48,272 nt of DNA from an uncultured Gammaproteobacteria bacterium. Its GTDB lineage: Bacteria > Patescibacteriota > Patescibacteriia > UBA9934. The stretch lies in contig CAZORP010000008.1 in NCBI GenBank assembly GCA_964582615.1, forward strand, positions 3,165 through 51,436. The letters are read 5' to 3'. The notes below the pieces were generated by a model. That model had not been told where the DNA came from. It did no database searches and worked only from the letters and a program-made list of their open reading frames with translations. The position numbers and the translations under genes are program-made. Below are positions 9,001 to 14,903 of this stretch, in pieces (position 1 is the stretch's first letter; every line of letters begins with the position of its first letter).

Positions 9001-11277
9001 TATCGATCCCACAATCGTCACGAGCGGTGTTGCATCGGTATCAATACTTACACTTTCCGTAAAAAGAATCGTCACCTCCCCACTTCCTGTGCGTGAAACG
9101 GAAGTTACCGTAAAGGCTCCAACGGTAAAATCCTCGGTACTCAAAGAACCCGAGGAGACGTCGTTATCAAAAAGGAGAACAACACCATCGATATGTCCAT
9201 CAGCGTCTACATCCTGCGTTGTCGATGACGTCATGACAGGACCTGGTAAAAATGCCTGTGCGAGAACCACCGTTCCATCATCTCCATACACCGAACTACC
9301 AGGACGCAATCCTCCTGCAGTATTAGCAGAAGAAGTCATTGTTGATAAAAATGTGGAAGAATCCGTAGTGTAGTAAATGTAGATACGACCTCCCGAGCCT
9401 CCTCCGCCATCTCTTATAGTTCCCGTCACATCTCCACCATTACCTCCTGCGGCAACTATTGAACCTGAACCCGCCAAAGTGTCCGCCGAGATATGAATAC
9501 TTCCTCCCGAGCCACCTCCACCACCATATCCCGTTCCCGAAATCGTTCCCGTTGATCCCGAAGCCCGTATCAATCCCTCTATCGTTAATGTTCCAATATC
9601 AAGGGTAAGCAAACCTCCCCCGGCTCCCCCAAAAGCATTTGTTGCATTACCCGCCGAAGAGCCAAAAAACTGAGGATTATTTTGATCACCATACGAGCTA
9701 CCACCAGCAGCACTTGATGCACTTGTTCCTCCAGATCCTCCATGCCCTGCACCTCCTGTTCCTCCTGACGTCGAAAGACCCGAAGTCGCACCACCCGTCG
9801 CGAGAGTACATGCATTTCCCGCATCAGGACCGTAGCCAGCGGCTGAATTCGTAGAGTTAGTCCTACACCCCTTTCCTGTTGCATTGATCGATGCCGTGCT
9901 ATTGACCGTTAGTGCATCAAGAATAAGCGAAGCATTTCCTGCAATACTTGAGGTGCCCGCAAGAGTAATGTCAGAAAGTGGCTCGTTCAAGGAAAAAATA
10001 CCTTCGTTTGTTGTAGAAATAGTAACATTGGTCCATGTTTGAGAAACGTCATCAGGAAGGTCAAGGGTGAGATCGGCACCCGTGGTACCTACCGCAAGCG
10101 ATGCCCCTGTTCCAAAAGTAAAGCCGCCCGTTGCTGCAACCGAAAAACTTGTTAACGACGTTCCCGAACAGGAAAAAGCACCATTAATCACCATGGTGAG
10201 TGCAGAAATTGATGGCGTTGCGGCAGAATTTAAACAAGCAAGCGTTGAGCTTGTTGCGAATGTAACTTCGTCAAAGGTGTAGTCAACATCCGCAGCAACG
10301 AAATTCCCAAAAAATGTTGTGTAGTCCGCCGTCGCATCGTACACCTTCGCCAAACCCGCCGTTCCCGCCGAAGTACCACCACTCGTTCCTCCTGCAGTAA
10401 GAAATTTTGATGAGGTAAGAGACGCGGTAGATGTGGTGTATTGCAAAAAAATCCTTCCTCCACCTCCTCCTCCCGAATCCGAACTTGTATCAACTCCTGC
10501 GCCACCTTTTACCGAGAAGGTTCCCGTGGAATTTTCGTATGAACCAACTACTACATTAATCGACCCTCCACTTCCTGCACCACTCGCACCTCCCCCACCT
10601 GTTGTTGCGCCATTCCCTCCATCTGCGACCAAAGAACCATTATGGGTAAAGGTTCCCGAGATGGAAAGGCGAATAATTCCTCCTCCAATACCCGCACTCG
10701 TGGTAAAAGCCTTGCCTCCCGAAGATCCAAAAAAAAGAGGATTATCATAGGATCCATAGATCGTTCCTCCTCCCTTATTTGCACCGCTTGTACCACCGAT
10801 ACCCGCATACCCTCCACCACCTGCAGACTGCGATGAACTCCCAGACGCCGTACCATACCCTGCAGTGCTTACTGTACAGATGTTTGACGAGTTTGGACCA
10901 AAACCATTCGATGAACTCGCGGCGCCAGCCGTGGTACAACCCTTTTGCGAAGAGCTAATACTACTTCCAGAATCTATCGTAAGATTATCTGCAGTGAGCC
11001 ACCCATAATATCCATTCGTCGTATCTGATGCAAATGTAAGAGTGCTATTGTTTGTTATAAGCACGGTCTTACCGGAACAATCCCACGTGGTTGCATCGGT
11101 TGGAGTCCACGTTGTACTTGCGTTAATGGTGATTGTTCCATTTACCGTAGCATCACTGTCTCCAGCTCCGCCATCGGTTACTGGACATGCCGCGGCAAAT
11201 GTTTGTTGTAGGGGGAAGAGAGAAAAAAAGAGAACGCTGAAAATTCCAAGAAGAAGCGTTCTAAAAAGCATTTTCAT
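1..11277 (-). CDS. Giant secreted modular surface protein, N-terminal 3,759 codons; C-terminus lies beyond the left window edge
   Basis: Absent from the ORF track, which omits ORFs lacking a stop inside the window. The reverse complement from 11277 reads ATG AAA ATG CTT..., giving MKMLFRTLLLGIFSVLFFSLFPLQQTFAAA/CPVTDGGAGDSDATVNGTITINASTTWTPTD (signal peptide with an AxA site). 11277 is divisible by 3. Every listed minus-strand ORF inside 1..11277 ends at a coordinate that is 1 or 2 mod 3, so this frame has no listed fragments, consistent with one open frame. Hand translation at about 30 checkpoints stayed open (e.g. 9361-9390 GRIYIYYTTD; 8938-8952 DGAAP; 4-30 DDLAAP). Confidence 0.85.
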   Translation of the reverse strand, partial: MKMLFRTLLLGIFSVLFFSLFPLQQTFAAACPVTDGGAGDSDATVNGTITINASTTWTPTDATTWDCSGKTVLITNNSTLTFASDTTNGYYGWLTADNLTIDSGSSISSSQKGCTTAGAASSSNGFGPNSSNICTVSTAGYGTASGSSSQSAGGGGYAGIGGTSGANKGGGTIYGSYDNPLFFGSSGGKAFTTSAGIGGGIIRLSISGTFTHNGSLVADGGNGATTGGGGASGAGSGGSINVVVGSYENSTGTFSVKGGAGVDTSSDSGGGGGGRIFLQYTTSTASLTSSKFLTAGGTSGGTSAGTAGLAKVYDATADYTTFFGNFVAADVDYTFDEVTFATSSTLACLNSAATPSISALTMVINGAFSCSGTSLTSFSVAATGGFTFGTGASLAVGTTGADLTLDLPDDVSQTWTNVTISTTNEGIFSLNEPLSDITLAGTSSIAGNASLILDALTVNSTASINATGKGCRTNSTNSAAGYGPDAGNACTLATGGATSGLSTSGGTGGAGHGGSGGTSASSAAGGSSYGDQNNPQFFGSSAGNATNAFGGAGGGLLTLDIGTLTIEGLIRASGSTGTISGTGYGGGGGSGGSIHISADTLAGSGSIVAAGGNGGDVTGTIRDGGGGSGGRIYIYYTTDSSTFLSTMTSSANTAGGLRPGSSVYGDDGTVVLAQAFLPGPVMTSSTTQDVDADGHIDGVVLLFDNDVSSGSLSTEDFTVGAFTVTSVSRTGSGEVTILFTESVSIDTDATPLVTIVGSITDTSGNPTTSGDITSTDGAAPLWQSGTYTDGDANGTVDTLTALFSEDIALGECDAADYSFGGLDAGSFAVSACSVLGDTLTLTLTGGPSYDTSLALTLSYTASSGTANSLEDSAGNALANISSASLTDDAAPVAISAAYKDISGNGTLDVVHILFSEIVTLSSYNSADWSFPTAGSVTLADTGASSSSTETIAVTVSADAGETSSAVSPQILYTNGGNRLVDASGNSVATFSSARTVTDGAAPAILSLESEDTNANGLIDKLTVTWSENVDTDDGSAPVLADFGTITLPDGQSVASATISDPAGSSSVVTLTNVTGQTTINTAAGSLGINGITSQWTDGTNATTNPDDGESLLDVAAPVLRTDGSNAPKYEDATGDGQVDRVRLVFSEAVTVTYSDGDWTATDHDLTDFDVTGYTSGNGTTTIYLSATAASGVTGVGSGTAPTLAFLQSGGSIIDGSSNVLESISSTTLADGAAPYLRNDGGNAPRYEDNNTDGTVDRVRLVFSESVTVTYIDANWSAVDGTFSSFDVGSYLSGNGTTTVYLSATAEEGRTGVGALGTEPTLAFSAGSGGSIIDAAGAAISSFSARTLTDYALPLKTNQSYRDTNLDAQIDRLDITFTEELQVGSCSSGDYTFGGTDASGIAVASCAVSGEDLQLTISGTPANDTNLDLTIAYDNGSSSLLDGGDRAIASWSAATLLDATSPRPILYEYLDTNDDGTVDRIDVAFSEVIVLSECEVGDYDFGGADGTSMSVTTCGTSGNTLELSLSGSPQYTTLLDVLFSYNQTAGLSNSIADDVGNSITSITDAAVSDAAAPVLRTDGSSGPKYEDADDDGVVDRVRLVFTEPATLTYSDTDWVANARSLTSFDVTGYLSGNGTETIYLSATASAQKTGVGSGTEPRIAFIPGTGSVVDASGNAFAEMASTPLIDGVAPLLRTDSGYAPTYNSTSGGVSSVTLIFTEPVTLTYSDANWTATAHDLTGFDVTGYASGNGSTIITLDATAAADIVGVSGGTEPTLAFSSGLGGSIVDDAGNSRSSISTASLVDNATIAILYGKYKDSNADGRIDRFDLRFSQAMTVGSCEASDYTLTGLDGSLYTITGCAVSGDDVQLTVTGGNAFDTATTVRIAYDAQNATANSLEGAVSVEAMPSFDAVTLGDLAAPLLRTDGGNAPRYEDVNANGTIDRVRLVFTEDVSVTYADTDWTITQNDFASFDVTGYASGSGSSTIYLNATAVSDVTGVGTGVQPTISFSAGSGSLIDGDSNALTSFSTQSLNDYAGPVLLSVSPTNGSTEVSANTDIVAVFSESIATGSVGYTLSETPSGISDTWSLSDTTLTISHVGDFSEAAIIDFEIASAPDAAGNIFEGSVSGVANPTTFTIVAVIIDPVLTGSITRDFDTDGYIDAIEVSFDQDIQDITVDGSDFLVDGYDVLSASRTASGVVTIVLDEKLSYDTAATPMVSIVGTISGASSGEITFGDTNPDDGAAPIVLSGIYKDTDVDGSVNRVDISFSEAMDVDLCESGDYTLTSPEAPSLSVSSCTENASDVRFGLSNLAQENTDLGILFSYSASSGTANGLRDISGNPVASWGDLMIADGAAPHIATLEAEDVNADGFIDKLTISWSENVDTDDGSAPVLADFGSIRLPDGSLVSSATISDPAGASSSIVLTNVLGQSTRNTAIGSLNIFGIAGEWTDGVNVTSSPDLNESHVDLAAPVLLAGGSAPRYEDANGDGTIDRVRLLFTENVTLTFDASDWSASSNDLSAFTVTGYASGNGTETLYLSASADAGLTGVGTGTQPTLEFLATLGSLEDDYGNALMTISEMSLLDGARPRILSLSPANDDVDVSGIADIAVAFTEPVVTASVSYTLSQTPADLSEAWSLSNTLLTLSHAEAWTSGSDVTFTVTAAPDASGNTFAGGSSGVTHPATFSIAVTTPELVSAETQDLDADGKIDTIVLSLSEDIISGTVAAGDFSVGGYTVTGASRTASGEITLTLTETTYTTGATPTVTVVGSVQGAGGQYMTSGEIISTDGAAPVAYSWKYIDVNSDGRIDRAQVVYSESIEGSSCEEDDYVLGGSGSSGVTIASCSIAGSTLSLVLSGTPEDTTSLSLTLAYSGGGIVANSIVDDVGNSAATFSSQTLTDLALPRVVSARYEKSGESVVDIVRVVFTENVTIVYSDGDWDVTANNLTGFDITGISSGNGTDEILFSATANAHITGAVTGPFVIFTATIGSLVDDAGNARTSLSLGTLADGASAEALSAKYVDENSDGQIDAIDVVFSEEVAVGVCEANDYAFGGPDVGDISFVACPSLPGTSLRFTLTGSPEYTTALDISFGYTGLGGSPNSLTDGAGNALSAFNFSTLIDDADPRLRSDNGLSPRYEDADSDGTIDRVRLMFTEPISISYGSTDWYIVPNSITDLTITGYESGSGSSTIYLSATAQDWLTGISVGGSQPTLSFEPLLGYVEDPSGNRLQSFSATTVRDGAMPILRTDAGNLPAYQDVNEDGTVDRVHLVFTEPALITFDALDWTLDANDLSGLALSGLYGGNGTTTLEFSVTADSFTTGSSGGVEPEISYSDTAHLRDAANNIVSSIATHSLADEASPVLITLTPADADSEVDPYADITAAFSESLATGMVSYDLSSMPSGISDSWSVDNKILTISHTGPWSYAEYVTFSILAAPDPSGNAFIDAATGAVLPATFRIQVLNPSLVSSATIDADADGYLDGVTISFSEEIIAESIDVGDILVDGYTVTSAVRGDVDEIVVTFMEGGVPDTGATPSVSIVDTISGINGGFLTSGSLTPDDLAAPVLLTLTPEDGQTNVARTQDVVLTFSEPMNTTLVSLVFSDEPADLAEVWSLGDTVLTLTHTDAWDYASDVTLSLPTGEDLAGNTLVTLASLVLPATFTTESFAPSLVSADTQDADEDGYLDHVILTLSEDVDALTLDASDVTLDGYTVTTLTRTGDSVLTLTLEEGGVPDTGATPSLTIVGSIGGLRGGFLTSGSLTPDDLAAPV
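610..664. repeat. Exact 55-nt direct repeat, copy 2
   Basis: Identical to 1..55. It marks the start of the same module type (SbsA/Big_5-like) one 609-nt super-unit away. Confidence 0.95.
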
Positions 11278-11286
11278 AACGCAAAA

Positions 11287-11317
11287 AGTATAGCATTTTA
11301 TACCAACTTTTTTACAA
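11287..11317 (-). promoter_or_regulatory. Putative promoter of the giant gene (TTGTAA-N19-TGcTATACT), -10 only 9 nt from the ATG
   Basis: The minus strand reads ttgtaaaaaagttggtataaaaTGcTATACTttttgcgttATG. The extended -10 is good; the -35 spacing of 19 nt is long. No Shine-Dalgarno sequence is present. Confidence 0.35.
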
Positions 11318-11339
11318 CCATCTGTGTATAAAAAACACG

Positions 11340-11819
11340 CTATTCTTCGCGTGTTTTCGTACGTTCTCCAGAGATTTTTTTCACTTCTCTTGCAAAGGTT
11401 TCAAGGTCATTAAATTGCTTATAGACCGAAGCAAATCTAATGTATGCAACCTCATCAAAATCCTTCAGATGCTTTGCGACAATGTCACCGAGCACTGAAC
11501 TCGTCATCTCACCTCCTCGTTGACGATGAATATCCCGCTCAATGTCGTGCGTAAGACGAGAAATATCCTGTTCGGTCGCCGGTCGCTTGTGAAGAGCTCT
11601 ACGAATACCTACAAGCATCTTTTCTCGCTGATACTGCTCGCGTCTGCCATTTCGCTTTACAATCACAATATCAAGCAATTCAACTTGCTCAAGGGTTGAA
11701 AAGCGAAAAACACACGTGCTCTTTTCACATTCACGACGGCGACGAACCGCATCGCCGTCATCGGTAAGACGAGAGTCAACAACCCGCGTCGAAGTTCCAT
11801 TACACAGCGGGCAGTGCAT
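11340..11819 (-). CDS. nrdR: Transcriptional repressor NrdR (zinc ribbon + ATP-cone)
   Basis: 159 aa. It begins MHCPLCNGTSTRVVDSRLTDDG..RRRRECEKSTCVFRFSTLE (Cys4 ribbon), followed by the ATP-cone IVIVKRNGRREQYQREKMLVGIRRAL...AYIRFASVYKQF. It starts 3 nt after the ftsZ stop. Confidence 0.9.
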   Translation of the reverse strand: MHCPLCNGTSTRVVDSRLTDDGDAVRRRRECEKSTCVFRFSTLEQVELLDIVIVKRNGRREQYQREKMLVGIRRALHKRPATEQDISRLTHDIERDIHRQRGGEMTSSVLGDIVAKHLKDFDEVAYIRFASVYKQFNDLETFAREVKKISGERTKTREE

Positions 11820-11822
11820 AAA

Positions 11823-13184
11823 CTACATCATTTTTTTGCGCAAAAACGCAGGAATTGCCCACTCTCCTTCTTCCTCTTTCTCTTTTTGCACAGGAGCCTG
11901 AGCTACTGAAGGTTGAGGTGCGGGCTGTGTCTGATACTGAGCTCGTGAAACTGGAGCAGGATTGAAAGAAGCCGTGGATGCTTCTTCAAATGAAGATCCT
12001 GAAGTTTGTTGTGCAGGTGGGGTAAACGTTCGACGAGCAAACGGCGTCTCGGATCCCTGAGAAACCGAAGCATATGAGGGTACTTGTGCCTGTGGAGCAA
12101 ACTGAGGAGCTTGCTGAGGCTGTGGAGCCGTCTGAGATGCAAATGGAGATGCCTTTACGGAACTCTGTTGCCATCCGCTTTTTGCGGCAATCGTAACCTC
12201 TCCCCCCAGTGAAGGAGCTCTTCGGAATTCACGGTTGTCAAAACCTGTCGCAACAACTGTCACTCTAATTTCATCTTCCAAGCTTTCATCGCGAATAAGT
12301 CCAAAAATAATTTTCGCATCGTCATCAGCGGCGCTCGTAATAACCTTTGACGCCTCGGTGACTTCGAACATCGTTACATTCTTTCCTCCGGTTACCGTAA
12401 AAAGAATTCCCTTCGCGCCATCAATGGAAACTTCAAGGAGTGGGCTTGCGATAGCCTGTTTTGCGGCTTCAACTGCGCGGTTATCTCCCGTTGCTCGACC
12501 GATGCCCATGAGCGCAGATCCTGAATTTTGCATGATAGCTTTAACATCAGCAAAGTCAACGTTAATCTCGCCAGCAGTCGTAATCATCTCAGCAATACCT
12601 TGAACGCCCTGACGAAGAACATCGTCAATAATACGAAAAGCTTCTTGGATGGTGGTATTTTTATCAATAATTTGCAAAACGCGATCGTTGGGAATTGTGA
12701 TAATCGTATCAACGTGCTGAGAAAGTTCCTGATGAGCGTCATCAGCGATGCGCTTGCGCTGAGGTCCCTCAAAAATAAAAGGCTTCGTAACAACCGCAAC
12801 CGTAAGCGCACCTACTTCTCGAGCAATTTTTGCGATTTCTGCGGCGGCGCCACTTCCTGTTCCACCACCGAGTCCAGCAGTAAGGAATACCATATCCGCA
12901 CCACCAAGTGCATTACGAATATCCGCGGCACTTTCCTCAACCGCGTGCTTGCCCATTTGGGGATTCATACCTGCACCAAGCCCTCGCGTGACCGACTTTC
13001 CGATAGGAATTTTATTAGGAGCGGTATTAATATGAAGAGCCTGAGCATCGGTATTTACCGCGATAAACTCAATACCACGGATGCCTTCTGCAACCATGCG
13101 ATTCAGTGCATTGCCGCCTCCACCACCAACACCAATGACTTTAATCTTCGCACATGTTTCAATATCCGGTTTGATTTGAGCCAT
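11823..13184 (-). CDS. ftsZ: Cell division protein FtsZ
   Basis: Carries the tubulin signature GVGGGGGNALNRM, GGGTGSGAA, NVDFADV and the C-terminal peptide WAIPAFLRKK. The ATG at 13184 (MAQIKPDIE) is preferred. The track start at 13271 adds 29 hydrophobic non-FtsZ residues. Confidence 0.95.
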   Translation of the reverse strand: MAQIKPDIETCAKIKVIGVGGGGGNALNRMVAEGIRGIEFIAVNTDAQALHINTAPNKIPIGKSVTRGLGAGMNPQMGKHAVEESAADIRNALGGADMVFLTAGLGGGTGSGAAAEIAKIAREVGALTVAVVTKPFIFEGPQRKRIADDAHQELSQHVDTIITIPNDRVLQIIDKNTTIQEAFRIIDDVLRQGVQGIAEMITTAGEINVDFADVKAIMQNSGSALMGIGRATGDNRAVEAAKQAIASPLLEVSIDGAKGILFTVTGGKNVTMFEVTEASKVITSAADDDAKIIFGLIRDESLEDEIRVTVVATGFDNREFRRAPSLGGEVTIAAKSGWQQSSVKASPFASQTAPQPQQAPQFAPQAQVPSYASVSQGSETPFARRTFTPPAQQTSGSSFEEASTASFNPAPVSRAQYQTQPAPQPSVAQAPVQKEKEEEGEWAIPAFLRKKMM

Positions 13185-13246
13185 AAGACAGGAAAAGCGT
13201 AACGGACTGAATAAAAACGTCAATGGAACCACCCACAGTCTGGAAA

Positions 13247-14506
13247 CTATGGTAAAAATGTCTTCATCCAATCTCGCATTTTTTGAGCAACCTTATCGGC
13301 GCTCTTAAACCGGAAGAGGTTTCCTAGTGAAAATCCTTTTTGATGAAGAGATTGAATATTATACCCCCATTGAGCTAGACCAATCGCCGTAGAAAATGCT
13401 GGATCGTAAAGCTCATCGAGAACACTAGTAACAACTGTTGGCGCTCCAAGTGCACAAGGAAGTCGCAAGACGCGCTTACCAACCTCAAGAACGCCCTCAA
13501 GTTTCATACCTCCACCAACACAAATAGCGCCCACGGGAAGCATACCCGAGCGATCAATCTTTTTAAGCTCAGCGTCTACAAGTCCAAAGAGTTCCTCCAT
13601 GCGAGCCTCAATGATTTCAGCAACAAATCGACGCTTAATATCGTCTTGAAGATCAATTCCAAGCTCCTGAAGAGGAAGTGATTGCTTGCGGTCAATAGCA
13701 TCAGGAACCGCGTGTCCGTATGCCACTTTCACTCGTTCGGCAATATCAATAGAAGTCCGAAGTCCAATAGCGATATCGTTGGTAACATGATCTCCGCCAA
13801 GAGGCAGTACCGCGGTATGTAATAAGTCCCCCTCTTCAAAGACTGCGAGCGAGGTTGTGGAAGCGCCAATATTTACCATGCATACACCAAGCTCTTTCTG
13901 ACGCTGTGTTAATACCGCTTCAGCGGTTGCCAAGGGGCCAAATACCACTTCATCAATATCAAGCCCTGTGCGGTAAATGCTCTTTGTGAGATTTTTTATA
14001 TGCGCAGAAAGCACCTCAACAAGCATGGCATCAACTTCAAGACGAATACCCGACATGCCAACAGGATCTTTAATGCCACGCTGACCATCAACTGAGAAGC
14101 TCTTTGGAATGACGTGAAGAATTTCGTAGTTTGCGGGAATTGCAATGGTTTTTGCGGCTTCAACTGCACGTTCAACGTCATCTTCGGTAATTTCTCCATC
14201 AGGCTTTGTTACCGCAACCGCTCCTCTGCTTGCCTGAATGACACTCTGCTGACCAGAAAGTGCAACCCATGCTGAATTTATTTGCACGCCCGTCATGCGC
14301 TCTGCGCGCTCAAGGGCTCGAGAAAGAGCGGACACCGCATCTTCCATACTCGAAAGAGCTCCGCGATGAACGCCAAGAGACGGGGACGACAACGCGCCAA
14401 TAAGCTGAATATGCGGTTTTCCATCATCCTGCACAACACTCTTGCAGAGCGCAATGCGGATCATTGAGGAACCGATATCAAGACCTGTGATAATTTCATC
14501 AGCCAT
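13247..14506 (-). CDS. ftsA: Cell division protein FtsA (actin-like ATPase)
   Basis: Motifs ITGLDIGSSMIRIA, VNIGASTTSLAVF and CVGGGMKLEGV. The gene lies directly upstream of ftsZ. The ATG at 14506 is preferred over the TTG at 14512. Confidence 0.9.
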   Translation of the reverse strand: MADEIITGLDIGSSMIRIALCKSVVQDDGKPHIQLIGALSSPSLGVHRGALSSMEDAVSALSRALERAERMTGVQINSAWVALSGQQSVIQASRGAVAVTKPDGEITEDDVERAVEAAKTIAIPANYEILHVIPKSFSVDGQRGIKDPVGMSGIRLEVDAMLVEVLSAHIKNLTKSIYRTGLDIDEVVFGPLATAEAVLTQRQKELGVCMVNIGASTTSLAVFEEGDLLHTAVLPLGGDHVTNDIAIGLRTSIDIAERVKVAYGHAVPDAIDRKQSLPLQELGIDLQDDIKRRFVAEIIEARMEELFGLVDAELKKIDRSGMLPVGAICVGGGMKLEGVLEVGKRVLRLPCALGAPTVVTSVLDELYDPAFSTAIGLAQWGYNIQSLHQKGFSLGNLFRFKSADKVAQKMRDWMKTFLP

Positions 14507-14525
14507 ACACAAACTCGATGCGGGA

Positions 14526-14903
14526 TTATTTTACCACATGCGAAAATAACGCAAGGATATGGGGAAGAAAAAGTGCACCACCAATGCCAAATGCCGCAAG
14601 TGCCGTAAGCAAAACAGAGCCCGCCATCATGTCTTTCACTTCTCGCATTGTACCATGAAGACGGGGATGCAAGGCATCCGCAAAACGCTCAAGAACACTA
14701 TTCATAATTTCAAGCACCAAAACACCAAGCACTAAAAGTGCAATAACAATGCGCTCCCAGGCCGCGAAGGAAATAATCCACGAAAGCATGATTGCGCATC
14801 CTCCAAAAATAAGCTGTATGCGAAAATTCTGCTCACTTTGTGCGACATCGTAAATGCCACGAATGGCATAATGTACACTTTTTCGAAGACGAGAAAACAT
14901 CAT
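14526..14903 (-). CDS. dgkA: Diacylglycerol/undecaprenol kinase family protein (DgkA)
   Basis: 125 aa with 3 TM segments. Motifs EIMNSVLE and KDMMAGSVLL match the prokaryotic DAGK family. Its start overlaps the ybeY stop (ATGA). Confidence 0.85.
   Translation of the reverse strand: MMFSRLRKSVHYAIRGIYDVAQSEQNFRIQLIFGGCAIMLSWIISFAAWERIVIALLVLGVLVLEIMNSVLERFADALHPRLHGTMREVKDMMAGSVLLTALAAFGIGGALFLPHILALFSHVVK

Larger units (their letters stand above)
1..9240 (-). repeat. Array of 28 complete protein-coding modules plus the first codons of a 29th (99-119 aa each, five module types) inside the giant gene
   Basis: A hinge motif (D-x-A-A-P or a variant) recurs. Its Pro codon falls at 9238, 8938, 8605, 8272, 7927, 7576, 7219, 6895, 6562, 6211, ~5863, 5527, 5176, 4858, 4558, 4225, 3880, 3532, 3220, 2923, 2590, ~2266, 1927, 1573, 1225, 913, 613, 304 and 4. 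Spacing is 297-357 nt. Most modules open with a DxDxDGxID-type loop followed by (V/L)xFSE. Confidence 0.8.

Noticed and set aside
1-9240. Regular ~300-350-nt periodicity, considered as a CRISPR array or a satellite.
   Set aside because: There are no short conserved direct repeats separated by unique spacers. The periodicity is in-frame protein modules within one ORF.
10729-10736. A8 homopolymer (T8 on the coding strand, encoding FF) in the giant gene, considered as a slipped-strand phase-variation switch.
   Set aside because: It is a single tract of modest length inside a conserved NP.FFGSS motif that also occurs in the second copy without a homopolymer. Nothing suggests it is variable.
11324-11338. 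GTGTATAAAAAACAC palindrome just downstream of nrdR, considered as an NrdR box or a terminator.
   Set aside because: The arm orientation (GTGT..ACAC) and sequence do not fit the acaC-A/T-rich-Gtgt NrdR box. There is no second box at the usual ~31-nt spacing. The 4-bp stem is too weak for a terminator.
12528-13202. Long antisense ORFs opposite housekeeping genes: 12528-13202 (ftsZ), 35494-36105 (gap), 36583-37200 (tsf), 43499-44146 (rplY) and 39796-40410 (alternative frame in prfA).
   Set aside because: The opposite or overlapping frame encodes an unmistakable conserved protein. The shadow ORFs have no recognisable features.
13185-13271. N-terminal extensions implied by the track's longest-ORF starts: ftsZ to 13271, gap to 36602, rpmE from 39232, prfA from 39591, prmC from 40648, queA to 39217, rplY to 44194, ftsA to 14512.
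   Set aside because: These use TTG or GTG codons and add non-conserved residues. They also run through regulatory elements. The rpmE TTG is the -35 TTGACA. The gap and prfA extensions cover terminator hairpins. The prmC extension lies inside prfA. Downstream ATGs give canonical N-termini.
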